Assembly: GCA_044892505.1 (NCBI GenBank)
Contig: CM097882.1
Location: forward strand, 292,144,001-292,208,000
Length of the DNA: 64,000 nucleotides
Origin: Schmidtea nova
Taxonomy: Eukaryota
Direction of reading: 5' to 3'
Of this stretch, positions 1 to 11,750 are shown piece by piece; the stretch's first letter is position 1; each line of letters opens with the position of its first letter. The notes beneath the pieces are model-generated. The model was not told the DNA's origin. It saw nothing but the letters and a program-made list of their open reading frames with translations, and did not search any database. The position numbers were made by a program, and so were the translations under genes.

Positions 1-122
1 AAATGTAAAAAATGGGTTGATATCCACAAAAATGAGCTCCGAGTTGATCAGAACTATAAATGACTGAATATCGCGATTGGGTTCAAGGGCGACTGATATG
101 CTAATTTTATCTGTCCCATAAC

Positions 123-1620
123 TAGAGTTGTGCAATTCTCGACGTTTTTTCATTCTCGAGAAATTCGAGAATGGAATTATTGTTTCTCGAGAATTATCGT
201 GATTCTCGAAAAACAATAAGTTAAAAATTTTAACTAAAAAAATTGAAAGATGAAGCAAAAAAGTTTTTCAGTTATTTATATACATAACGATACTTCTATT
301 AAATCATAAAAAATAAAAATAAATCATAAAATTAACAAATGATAATAAAAATAAACAAAGATTCAATAAATATTATTTAAAAAAATATCTGTTCAATAAT
401 TCATTATTTAAATTGAATATAAAATATTAAATAAAGGCTAATGTATGTATAATAAAATATTATTGAAAATAGAAACTTTATATAAAAACATTTAATTTTT
501 TATAAAATAATGTTTTATAAAACATAAACAGTCCGCAGATTTATTGTAACAAAGTTTCCCGATACAGAAAAATTACGCTCATTTTGCGTTGATGTTGGTC
601 TTATAGTTAATAGAGCTGTTTCTTAACAGTTCTAAGTTGCTGGTGATTTTTCCTGTTAATTCAAAAAGATTAACTTCTCTAGCAAATGTTGAAAAGTTAT
701 CATCAGTCACTGGTTCTGCTTGCTTTAAGCTATCTTGAATTGACTTTTCTAATAGTTGGTTTAATCTTACATTTTTTACTATTATTACATCATCATTGTC
801 TTCTTTATTGCTGGTATCTGGAAAAACAATTTTAGAACTCATTTCATTCTTTTCATTTATACTGAAAAGTCTTTTCATAAAAGTTTTTGCAACTTTTACA
901 ATGTCAGCTTTAGAGGTGAAGCTGAAAAAATCATCACCATCCCGTGAAAAATTTGGATCTTGAAGGAATTTAACTAGTGAAATTAATGATTTATTTCTTC
1001 TTTTTGACAATTGCATTTTTAGTTCAACTAGTAATTTTTGGCTCAAATTTGAAGATTCAGTTTTTAATGTGCTGAACAAGAATTTGAGTATTCCTTCGCT
1101 TGTAAGAAGATTTGCGTCTGCACGGCTTAATGCTTCGATTGCAACTTTGACAGGTTGTAATGTACCGAGTATAGATTTGGCTGCGTTTGTGTCTTTGATT
1201 GTCCATAGACTACTTAAATTCAATTCGTCCAACGCCTTCTCTATTTAAATAATTACTCTCAAGAATCTTTCTAACATAGTAAACAAGCTGTTCCATCGTG
1301 TTCGACAATCCAAAAATAATGATAATTCTTTTTTTTCAGCCTCTTTTTTTTATATTTTTGCAATATAAAATTTTTACTGGTGAATTTTTAAATAACTTGA
1401 CAATATTTCGCATTCTTTTAATCTTTTCGGATATATTCATATCACTAGTAAGCGATAAACAACTATCTGCAATGAACTCATCATCCTCACCATCGTCTAA
1501 ATTTTCTGAAGCTCCACATTGTTCATTTTCAAAATCCAATTCATCAATTTCCGTACCGCATTCGCTTAGTTCTTGATGATCTACGGTTTTTTTGTAATAA
1601 ATAACTGATATAATTGCCTT
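123..1620 (-). mobile_element. hAT DNA transposon remnant: one end plus frameshifted transposase C-terminal half
   Basis: End-like TAGAGTTGTGCAATTCTCGA at 123 with clustered TTCTCGA subterminal repeats. ORFs 1336..1539 and 579..1232 are followed by a frameshifted hATC-type tail (RPTSTQNERNFSVSGNF) and resemble the 48988..50220 transposase. Other end and TSD not found. Confidence 0.75.
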
Positions 1621-1774
1621 GGTCGATTAACTTTAAAAAACTTCATTCAAAAATTTCTCGTAAATGGTTCAATAAAAATCCTGAAGGAAAAGAATAGCAA
1701 TTGTTTAAAATATTTGTTGACTGATAAATATTATCACTTGCTCATGCAAATATATTACCATCAACAATATTTAT

Positions 1775-2200
1775 ACAATAATACCAATATGCAAAACTTT
1801 TATTCGAATTCATCCAAAACCTTTTATTATCCTTATTTGTTAGAGCTACCTTTATTGTTTTAAACGTATACAGTTGATAATTTTTGGATCCCTAGTCTCG
1901 TTTGTACAACTCTAGGTATTTTTATTCTGTTAAAACAATCAATGTTTCATTTAATCTAACAATTTTGTCTCTCATAGTTTTCTTAGGACCATCTAAAAGA
2001 CTATAAAACTTTGGTCGAAGAAAAATCCGCTCTTCATATAAGACTCCTTACTTTCGTCCTTAAACTTCCCTATAACAGAATCCAATCTTTTATTATACAT
2101 AAGATGAATAGTATTATAGTTGGATGTATCCAATAGTTTATCATAGATCAGTCACTAACAATATTTCACCTCAAAAATAATTACGAGTATCACTATTTCA
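1775..2200 (-). pseudogene. Degenerate Polinton pPolB C-terminal fragment
   Basis: Minus-strand translation gives KLLDTSNYNTIHLMYNKRLDSVIGKFKDESK, IFLRPKFYSLL and QLYTFKTIKVALTNKDNKRFWMNSNKSFAY, collinear with the C-termini of the intact pPolBs in this window. Confidence 0.85.
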
Positions 2201-2299
2201 TAAAGCGTAATAACTAAGCAATCTGTTAGATAAATAATCAAAAAAACGTGGCAATGATTTAATTATAGAAAAACGCCAACTCAGTAAATTCAACATAAA

Positions 2300-2338
2300 C
2301 GCGATATATTTCGATTGTATAACAATCTTCGTCAGGCG
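2300..2338 (-). ncRNA. Minimal type I hammerhead ribozyme in PLE 3' pLTR
   Basis: cgc-CUGACGA-A-GAUUGU(uau)ACAAUC-GAAA-UAUA-UC-gcg: intact core, 6-bp stem II, palindromic loop III. Confidence 0.85.
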
Positions 2339-2664
2339 GCAATCAGGACAATCAATAATAAAATAGAAAATATGCTAAATTTAAACAAATTAATCAATAA
2401 TAATCATCTCCATACCATATCAAAATTTTAATTTAAAAAATTTTATTTTATTTTATTACATAAAAATTTTTTAAAATTTAATTATAAACAAACTTTATAC
2501 ATAGAACAACATACGTATTATTTTAAAAATAAAATTTAATTTAATAAAATTTTAATACAACATAAAATTTACAAATTTTAAAATTTAAAAAAATTTAAAA
2601 TTTTTACAAAAAAAAAACAAACATAATTATACCACAAACATAATTCGCAACATTCAACCTTCAG

Positions 2665-4035
2665 TTACTTAAACACATTCAAAATATCAGTGGAACGGGC
2701 AACTTGATCATTTATTTTTGGATTAAAATATCTAATCAACAATGCCTCACAAGTTACTCGTTCCCAATAATTACTTAAACCCTTTGAAATAATTTTAAAA
2801 TCAGAGATACCTATTTTTTTACTGACACATTTCCTAAAATGATCACTAATATTAGTCAATCCTTTTGGTCGGCAATGCTCAAGAACTCGCGTGCAGAGAT
2901 GACGGGCAGTCTCTCCAATGTATGTGGCATTACACCCATTACATGAAAATTGATACACGAGCTCAGAACACAAACCAATTGGCGTTGGACATTTACTAGT
3001 GAACATACTGCTAACTTTGCAAGACGTGGAAACAATCCTAAATTGATCCTTGTCTACATGTTTGAGAATCTTATGCTTAAATTCTCTGAAGCCCTCAGAA
3101 TAAGGCAATACCAACACATATTTCGGCTCCGTGCGATTAGATCGATTTTTGTCACTTTCCGAAATTAACACAGTACTTTCATCAGGATCAATAGGTACCT
3201 CAGATTCAGACATACGCATACCAACATCATCAGATTTCAACATTAACTTATCCACGGTCACTTTTGTCATTTTCTCAAGAAAAGATTTAGAGTAACCGTT
3301 TTTAAGTAACAACTCAACCAATACATCAATACTTTTTACTGAATTCACAAACGTAGAAGATAGTGACCAAGCACGAAACACTAATCCTCTCACCATATTC
3401 CTCTTATATTTAAATTCACAAAAACTCTCCGGCGTTGTATACAAACCAGTATCAGTCGACTTTCTGTATATTTCAGTCTCATAATGTTTCGATTTGCGTT
3501 GAATGAGTAAATCTAAAAACGCAATCGATGATATTTTTTCTTCTTCACAGGTGAATTTAATATTCTCATGCAAATCATTCATAAAATTTAAAAAAGGCAT
3601 TACATGTTCACGACTCTCAAATACTAAAAAAATATCATCAACATACTGTTTGTACACAGTTGGTTTAACAAGATGGCATAAAGACATTTTCTTTTCCAAA
3701 CTAGACATAAAGATGGAAGCCATAGTTGGGGCTAATGGAGAACCCATAGCAACACCATCCACTTGTTTATACCATTCATTGTTAAACAAGAAATTAACAT
3801 TCGACGTCGCAATTTCAAGCAATTTGCGAAACGCAATTTTATCAACATTCTTATGTTCAGATTCATTGTCATTCCACATTTCACAACATAAATCAATCGT
3901 TTCCGCCAATGGAACATTAGTAAAAAGACTACAAACATCAAACGAAACCATAATTTCATCATCAGAACTTTTCTTCAACGCAGCAATAAATGAAGCAAAT
4001 TCAAAGCTATCCTTACATTCAAACTCAGAAATCAT
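2665..4035 (-). CDS. Penelope-like reverse transcriptase + GIY-YIG endonuclease (N-terminally truncated)
   Basis: SFDVCSLFTNVP, GVAMGSPLAP, YVDD, AFLDL, YIGETARHLCTRVLEH and EALLI motifs. Confidence 0.92.
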   Translation of the reverse strand: MISEFECKDSFEFASFIAALKKSSDDEIMVSFDVCSLFTNVPLAETIDLCCEMWNDNESEHKNVDKIAFRKLLEIATSNVNFLFNNEWYKQVDGVAMGSPLAPTMASIFMSSLEKKMSLCHLVKPTVYKQYVDDIFLVFESREHVMPFLNFMNDLHENIKFTCEEEKISSIAFLDLLIQRKSKHYETEIYRKSTDTGLYTTPESFCEFKYKRNMVRGLVFRAWSLSSTFVNSVKSIDVLVELLLKNGYSKSFLEKMTKVTVDKLMLKSDDVGMRMSESEVPIDPDESTVLISESDKNRSNRTEPKYVLVLPYSEGFREFKHKILKHVDKDQFRIVSTSCKVSSMFTSKCPTPIGLCSELVYQFSCNGCNATYIGETARHLCTRVLEHCRPKGLTNISDHFRKCVSKKIGISDFKIISKGLSNYWERVTCEALLIRYFNPKINDQVARSTDILNVFK

Positions 4036-4047
4036 TAAAGGTTTTAA

Positions 4048-4713
4048 AGAGACTGCTCGTCATCTCTGCCCGTCATCTCTGCACGCGAGTTCTTGAGCAT
4101 TGCCGACCAAAAGGATTGACTAATATTAGTGATCATTTTAGGAAATGTGTCAGTAAAAAAATAGGTATCTCTGATTTTAAAATTATTTCAAAGGGTTTAA
4201 GTAATTATTGGGAACGAGTAACTTGTGAGGCATTGTTGATTAGATATTTTAATCCAAAAATAAATGATCAAGTTGCCCGTTCCACTGATATTTTGAATGT
4301 GTTTAAGTAACTGAAGGTTGAATGTTGCGAATTATGTTTGTGGTATAATTATGTTTGTTTTTTTTTTGTAAAAATTTTAAATTTTTTTAAATTTTAAAAT
4401 TTGTAAATTTTATGTTGTATTAAAATTTTATTAAATTAAATTTTATTTTTAAAATAATACGTATGTTGTTCTATGTATAAAGTTTGTTTATAATTAAATT
4501 TTAAAAAATTTTTATGTAATAAAATAAAATAAAATTTTTTAAATTAAAATTTTGATATGGTATGGAGATGATTATTATTGATTAATTTGTTTAAATTTAG
4601 CATATTTTCTATTTTATTATTGATTGTCCTGATTGCCGCCTGACGAAGATTGTTATACAATCGAAATATATCGCGTTTATGTTGAATTTACTGAGTTGGC
4701 GTTTTTCTATAAT
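4048..4713 (+). repeat. Inverted pseudo-LTR copy of the PLE 3' end
   Basis: Reverse complement of 2262..2914; encodes the duplicated GIY-YIG tail in ORF 3990..4310; short CGTCATCTCTGC duplication at the junction. Confidence 0.92.
4637..4675 (+). ncRNA. Minimal type I hammerhead ribozyme in inverted pLTR
   Basis: Identical to 2300..2338 in the opposite orientation (core CTGACGA 4640-4646, GAAA 4663-4666). Confidence 0.85.
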
Positions 4714-4729
4714 CTGTTAGATGTTGTTT

Positions 4730-6865
4730 TTTAATATTTTGTCATTTTTTCAGCTCCTGCGTGGGATAGTAATCCATGCATTACTTTTATCATTTCCCGT
4801 TTCTTATTCTTCGGAATCCATATTTTTTCTTCTTGGTCGTTACTACTCTTCTATCAATATGCATTTCCAACATAACCCTTGTACTATATTTTCCTTTATT
4901 TGTTTTATTTCTTCATCATCTTGTTTTGCCATTTACAACTTTCCGTTTTCTTTATCATTTTTATACGTCGTGTTTTCATTTTCTCGGTCTTTGCATTCTC
5001 GTGATTCAAGAGACATTGTGTACAAGTTCCGCATGTACTTCCTGACAATGCATCGGCATTTGCGTGATTCACTCCCTTTCTGTATTCCATTTTAATGCCT
5101 AGACTACTGAGATGGTTGATCCAAGTCTGAAATTGCGCATTTATTGGCTTTTTTGTGGATAGCATGAACGTGATTGCTTTGTGATCCGTTCTCAACGTAA
5201 ATCTTTTGCCGTACAGGTAGTGGTTAAAATGATGACAAAAGTAGTAAATTGCAAACAGCTCTTTTCTCGTAATACAATACCCTTTTTCATGACTACTCAT
5301 CGCGTGTGACACATATGCGATAACCTTTTCGTAACCATTATCACCTCTTTGTGATAGTACAGCCCCAATCGTATCAAAACTAGCGTCTGTATCTAGGATG
5401 AACTCTCTTGTAAAATCTGGGTATCCTAAAACAGGCGATTCTGTTAGTACCTTTTTCATTTCTTTGAAGGCCCTTTCGCAGTTTTCTGTTCAGATTAATT
5501 TTGCATTGTTTTTTCCACATAATTCCTCCAACGTTCTAGCTTTCTTGGAATAGTCTTTGATAAACCTTCTGTAATAGTTACATATCCCTAAAAAACTCCT
5601 TAGATTCTTTATAAATTTCGGCTTCTGGAATGATTTTATTGCTTCTAATTTTGATGGGTTTTTTTGTATGCCATCCTTGTTTATAATGTGCCCTAGGAAC
5701 TTTAGTTCTCGAACCAGTATATGACATTTTTCTGGGTTTATTCTCAACCCTGCTAGTCTAACTCTTCCTAGTACCTCTTCCAGAACCGTACAATGTTGCT
5801 CTTTTGTCTCTGTGAATACTAAAATGTCATCCAAATAAACAACTGTACCTTTTATTTTTCCTAGTACTTTTCCCATTAACTCCTGAAATGTTCCTGGCTC
5901 CGCCGCTATTCCAAATGGCATTCTGTTGAAACAATATTAGTCAGTCGTGGTTGAAAATGCCGTCTTTTCTTTTGAATTTTCTTCAAGTTCAACCTGATAA
6001 CATTCATTTCCCAGGTCTATTGACGTAAAATGTTTTGCTCCTTCCAATCTATAGAAAATCTCAGCTATATTTGGCATTGGATACACTTGTCTATTTGTAA
6101 CAAGATTTAACTGTCTGAAATCTAGACATAATCTGATGTCTTGTTTATCTTTTTTTCCAGACACAAACCAGCGGCGTATTCCACGATGAATTGAATTTCT
6201 TAATAATTCCATTTTCAAATAAATTCTGTATTGCCTCCTCATTATTTGGTTCTAAATGAACTGGTTGCCTTCGTGGCTTGATATTTATTGGATTCCCGTG
6301 TGTATCTATTTTATGTTTTAACAAAGTTGTGCATCTGATGTCCCATTAGTTTGCCATAAAAACATCCTGATTATTCCTTATAATTTCTGTTAATACCACA
6401 TCGTTTACTTTTAATGCTTTTATTTTTCTGTCCTGTTATCAGTTTTCCAAACTTTGCTTCGATATTACACATGTGTTCATCACTCATTGTTTTTATCTCT
6501 TTCCAAAGCCATTGTATTTGAATTCCAAATTGTTTCCACAACTCTATACCCCCAATCACTTCTGGTGTTATGTGGTTCACAATTGTGAACTTTACCACTT
6601 TGCATATTCCCATTATTTCAACATTCATCATTACTTTACCTTTTGTTTCCAATTCGTTATCATTTGCACATCTTAGAACACTTGCCGTTTTCATCAATTC
6701 AATATTATTAAATTTTTTGTACTGGTTCAAACTCATGACGTTAACCGTTGCCCCTGAATCAAGTAAACAATCCATTTCTTGATTTTGGATTTTAATTACC
6801 ACACTAAGTCTACTTTTCATTATGTCACACTTGATAATACTTGGCCTCATTTTATCTTTTGTCAA
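4730..6865 (-). pseudogene. Gypsy pol (PR-RT-RNaseH-INT start), fragmented
   Basis: ORF pieces 6371..6865, 5937..6242, 5490..5921 and 4905..5459. Confidence 0.88.
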
Positions 6866-7119
6866 GATTTCCGTACTTATCTGCTCTTCATCTTCAGATA
6901 TCTCAGTCTCCTCAAAGTTCTTCTTAAAAAACCTATTAACTTTTTCTACTACTCGTTTGTCCTCGTCTTACTGCTTCTTTTCCTTATCCTCTCTATTCTC
7001 CCACAAGTCTATTTTCTCTTGTTTTGTCCTTGTGGGGTCTCCGATATCATTTAAAAAACAACCACGACAACGTCCTCTCTTGTCGGGGCCATCTCGTTTG
7101 GGGCACATGAGAACCTCTT

Positions 7120-8263
7120 TTAATCATCTTCCAAACTTTCACTTCTTATATATGCAACTTGTCCATTGTGTGTACCCTGATAGATCCTTGTTCCATTGTA
7201 ATTTCTTCTTCCTTTCGTGGTTTCTATTTCATAATTTCCTCTTTGTTGTCCGTTATCTCTATTTGTTATGTTTTGTTTCATCCTATTCAGATTTGTGTAA
7301 CTTTCTTCTGTCCTGTGACCTCCTAATCCACTTCTTTGACATCTGACTTTTTTACAATCTCTCCTTACGTGTCCTTCTACTCCACATGTATAGCATATAA
7401 CGACTCTTTTTTGTCTATTCGGGCAATCTCTCTGGATATAGCCTTGTTTTCCACATGAATAACATGAAATAATTCTTCGCTGCCTATTTGGACATTCTCT
7501 CTGGGTATGTCCCTGTTTTCCACATCCATAACACTCGATATTTCTTAGTTGTATATTTGGGCATTCCGTTTCTATATGGCCTTGACCCCCACAACAAAAG
7601 CATTTTATAATATTATTTATCTTGAAATACGTTCTATCTATATCGTCTGGTTCTATTTTCTGGTTCATCATATCTATTATTTTTACTGGTGACATCTTTA
7701 TAGCTTCTTTTTATTTCTCCTTCGAGTATTCTTTCCTTTACCGTGTAAATCTCTTCGATCATTTTCCTAATTTCCTGTAATTTCTTGATATTCTTTTTTA
7801 TTTCTTCAGTACCTCCGATTTCATCTGCCCTTAATTTCATTTTCAACTTCTTTTCATCGGGAAAATGTACCAATCGCTGTTCTTATAATTTTTCTGCTGT
7901 CCATTCATGACTCATAAGTTTGTCCACCAGACTCTTTATTTTTCCAAAATAAACCTGTGGTTCTTCATTAGTTTGCCTATATTCAAACGCGGCTTTAATA
8001 TCCTGCGCTATCGTGGTCTTTTTTGTATAAGCTATCCGAAGTCTTTCTCTATAATCTTTAATAGACGGATCAAGTTGGAAATATTTTTCTTTTATCTCAT
8101 TGTGGATCCAGAGTCCTACCAGCATATCTTGTCGGAAGCCAGTTAATTTGTCAATCTTAAAATATTTCTCGCATTGTTGGATAAATATTTCAACATCGCC
8201 ATCTTTTGTTAGTTCATCCGGCGTTAATTTTCGCAATAATAGTTCGATTGACGTGGTCGTCAT
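7120..8263 (-). pseudogene. Gypsy gag with five CCHC-type zinc knuckles, fragmented
   Basis: ORFs 7883..8263, 7634..7873 and 7120..7695; knuckles CFCCGGQGHIETEC, CYGCGKQGHTQREC, CYTCGVEGHVRRDC plus two degenerate ones. Confidence 0.8.
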
Positions 8264-8776
8264 GTTAGATGTTGTTAAAACATCTTCGGTTAACTCAAAT
8301 TCTAATGTTATCCAAAATACTTATTTAAATAAAGAAAATATTTGTCTCTTTGAGGATATTTAAACAAATTTAAAAACGAGCATTTTTTTAAAAGATTTAT
8401 AAAATTTCATTCATATTTATTATTTTTTAAAGTTAAAACTTTTTAAATTAAATTAAACTATTTTAATGTAAAATTATTTAATAAAATTTACTTAAATTAT
8501 TAATCTATTTAATATAAAATTTTTAATAAAACATTTAAAACTTATTTTAACTATCTCCAAATAATTATTTAATTTTAATTTTAATGCTCGCTAATAGTCA
8601 TATCTAAATATCCTCACACAATCCATAAAAGAAAATAGTTCAGTTTTTCTCAATCAAAAGAATAAATATTAAAATTTTGTTATGATTGACAAGTTATACA
8701 GGTTTTAAGATATAATAACAGTTTTATAAGAACGTACATAGGACGTGTAACAAGGTACAAGGATTTAAATAAATAA

Positions 8777-8779
<3 letters not shown>

Positions 8780-8814
<35 letters not shown>
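8780..8814. repeat. (TA)n microsatellite
   Basis: Direct reading; lies just before the assembly gap. Confidence 0.95.
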
Positions 8815-8820
<6 letters not shown>

Positions 8821-8852
8821 TTTAAATAATTTTAAGATGTATAACTTATATA

Positions 8853-9006
8853 NNNNNNNNNNNNNNNNNNNNNNNNNNNNNNNNNNNNNNNNNNNNNNNN
8901 NNNNNNNNNNNNNNNNNNNNNNNNNNNNNNNNNNNNNNNNNNNNNNNNNNNNNNNNNNNNNNNNNNNNNNNNNNNNNNNNNNNNNNNNNNNNNNNNNNNN
9001 NNNNNN
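8853..9006. other. Assembly gap (154 N)
   Basis: Run of N; ORFs 8815..9159 and 8837..9259 crossing it are artefacts. Confidence 0.99.
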
Positions 9007-10889
9007 TATAAACAGTTGTTTGAATAAAGGAAAAAGATGGCAGAAGATGAATTTAGAAAAATGCAAGCAGCACCAAGAATATAAAGAGAATATGAATTTA
9101 GATAAATGCAAGCAGCACCAAGTGTATAAAAGGAAATCGCAAGAGAAGATGGAGCTCAAACATGTTAATAAAATGCAGCCTCCGGCAACAACCCTTTATA
9201 TTTTTAATAAAGATCTTTGGCTGTTTATGTTTATTTATTCAGTCACGATAGGTAGCTAAACAATTATTGTTAAAAAGCAACTAGAATATTTCTAAATATG
9301 TAACTAAAGATTATTATTTTCATTAATCATATTTTGATCATAGATAAATTAATGTTTAACTATCTTCTTATGTATAAATAAATAATTTATTAATAACTGG
9401 TAACTTTAAATATTTAATTTCCTAATTATTGTTTAACTATAAAAATTATTTATATGATACCCATAGACAAATGATATTAAAACTCTAATTATTTAAACCA
9501 TGGAAAATATAAAATGTAACTTGGTATTAATTGAAAAAACTTCAATGAATGATGCTATGTTAATGAATCAAGATTTGAATATAGTTACACTGGATAGTAA
9601 CTTGGACACACCATTATTAAATTCTAATGTGAAAGATTGTTAATATACTAACATTGATGAAGAATTTAAACCTGAAATAAAATAGTGTGCGGATTATGCT
9701 TGTTCAGATTATTGTTAATTAAATGTTTGAAGTTGTATAAAAATAACTGTTAAAGTTGATAAATCTTTATTAAATATGTAATAAATATATTTAAACATTG
9801 AGACACTAATTTTATCCAAAAACATGATTGTATTTCTTTTATATGTTTCCAGTCACCATTTCCTTTGATCCATGGATAAATTTTATTTATTTCTTGTACT
9901 GACCAAATTAAATATTTTTGATGTTCATTTGGACATAAAAAGAATTTTTTAACGTAAATAAACTCATGATAACTTTGGAACAACAAATACATTCTTCAAA
10001 CAATGAATTAAAAACATCCTTGAATGCTTATTCTTTTCTATGTTTGTTTTCGGTGTTAAAATTAGTGAGAAATCAATGGTACATTGAAACTGCTTTTTTA
10101 ATTATTCCATTCAAACAATTAACTATTTGATCATCACTTCCATAGACCAAACCATTAACAATTGTATTTATATACTCATTAATCGTAAAAAAATGAATGT
10201 ATTGTTGGGCCCACCAAATGGTCTTAAAAGACAAAAATAATATGATAATTTAAACAAAAAATAGAAATAATAAATGCAAAAAACATTGGAAAGACCTAAA
10301 TTGAAAATCAAAATAAAATAATGAATAATAATAAATAGACTTCCAGCAAGGGTGAAAATCGGAATTGACACGGGAACGAGTGGCATGGGGGCCTGAAATA
10401 GGAAAATTGGAAATAAAATCAAATAATAGTGCAATTAATTAGTTAATTACTTGAAAAATCAGAACCACCCAGCGAGAAACCTGAACCGGAAATTTAATAT
10501 GGTTTATATTAAAATAAAATAACAAAATTACTTTGATGGACGGCCTGATCCTGATTGGTCGGTCTGACCAACTGGATCAGTATAAATACCGATCCAAAAA
10601 TCATAGAGACAGACATAAAAATTTGGTTACCGACTTGATCTATAAACAATCGATTCAGTAGCATCAATTTTTCACTATTATTTTTCGAAGTAATTTTTGG
10701 GAACGCATCGAAATCAATTGAAGCTTGGAGAGTAATTTTGTTTCTATTGTCATTAAATTATTGTATATGTTCTTATGATTCCCATTTGACGTAATTTTAT
10801 TCAATACAGTTTATTATTAATGATTTGGTTTACTTTCTTATTGCATTGTTTTATCATAAATACAATTCCTCAGTAGCTCACGCTGCCTG

Positions 10890-11750
10890 ATCGAGTTTTG
10901 TAGACAATTAAATTTTATCTATACAATATTACAATGAAAACTCAAAAAAGTTATTTTATTTAGGTGAAATATACAAATATACCTACAAAACACGTGTGCG
11001 CAACCATATACACAACATTTTGAATTTTTAATTCAGCCATTATGTAGACAATACAATTCTGTCTATCTATTGTTTCACTAAAAACTCGATCGGGCCGGTT
11101 TATTGACTCGAAAAAGGTGTTTAAAGTTTTGTAGTAGGAGGCTGTGTCCGGTCCAAACCACTACCCCCCATGTGTGTATGTTACGTAATCGATCGAGGAT
11201 TTATGTAATACACCTGATTACGTAATCATTACATAATCAAGCGTGCTTAATAAAACCTGACAATTATGTAATTTTATATATAATTACGTAATTTCATATA
11301 TTTGTTTAAATTGAGTGAATTTTTTTGTTTAAATTATGTGAATGTTTGTTTTATTTAACTGGAATATTGTTTTAATTAGATGAGTTTTTTGTTTTAACTA
11401 TTTAAAAATATGAAATTTTATTTTAAATTTAATAAAAAAAAATATACGAGTTCACACATGGGGGGGACAGACCGGACACTACCTCCTACTACAAAACTTT
11501 AAACACCTTTTTCGAGTCAATAAACCGGCCCAATCGAGTTCTTAGTGAAACAATAGATAGACAGAATTTTATTGTCTACAAAATGGCTTTATTAGAAATC
11601 TGAAAGTTTTCGTATTTTGCGATGCACACGTGTTTTATTTTGAATTTTCAAACTTTTAACAATATAAAGTAACTTTATGTATTTTTCATTGTAATAAAGT
11701 ATAAATAAAATTTAATTTCCTATAAAATGGCTTGATTAGAAAATTAGTTT
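10890..11750. repeat. Large fold-back (inverted repeat) with 276-bp spacer
   Basis: 11043..11176 is nearly the reverse complement of 11453..11580; weaker similarity extends outward into the 144-bp repeat unit. Confidence 0.88.

Larger units (their letters stand above)
2232..4710 (-). mobile_element. Penelope-like element, 5'-truncated, with inverted pseudo-LTR and 12-bp target site duplication
   Basis: RT + GIY-YIG ORF; 2262..2914 is mirrored at 4048..4713; direct repeat AATCTGTTAGAT at 2220-2231 and 4711-4722. Confidence 0.9.
4723..8752 (-). mobile_element. Ty3/Gypsy LTR retrotransposon, decayed and 3'-truncated within integrase
   Basis: Order gag, PR (LLDSGATVN), RT (MPFG, YLDD), RNase H (LDTDAS, TDHKAI), start of integrase zinc domain (H-x4-HAG). 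Probable 5' LTR edge TGTTACA at 8752. Many frameshifts. Confidence 0.88.
8165..10205 (+). repeat. Segmental duplication, copy 1 (copy 2 at ~60712..62422)
   Basis: 8165..8765 matches 60712..61290 (gag start, LTR and flank) and 9250..10205 matches 61470..62422 with scattered substitutions and small indels. Confidence 0.9.

Noticed and set aside
3503-4096. 197-aa plus-strand ORF and similar antisense ORFs (13921..14406, 6822..7346, 49442..49747)
   Set aside because: Shadow frames of real genes on the opposite strand.
3990-4310. Separate GIY-YIG gene on the plus strand
   Set aside because: It is the inverted pLTR copy of the PLE 3' end.
8815-9259. ORFs 8815..9159 and 8837..9259
   Set aside because: They span the N gap; the 45-bp tandem duplication after the gap has no recognisable product.
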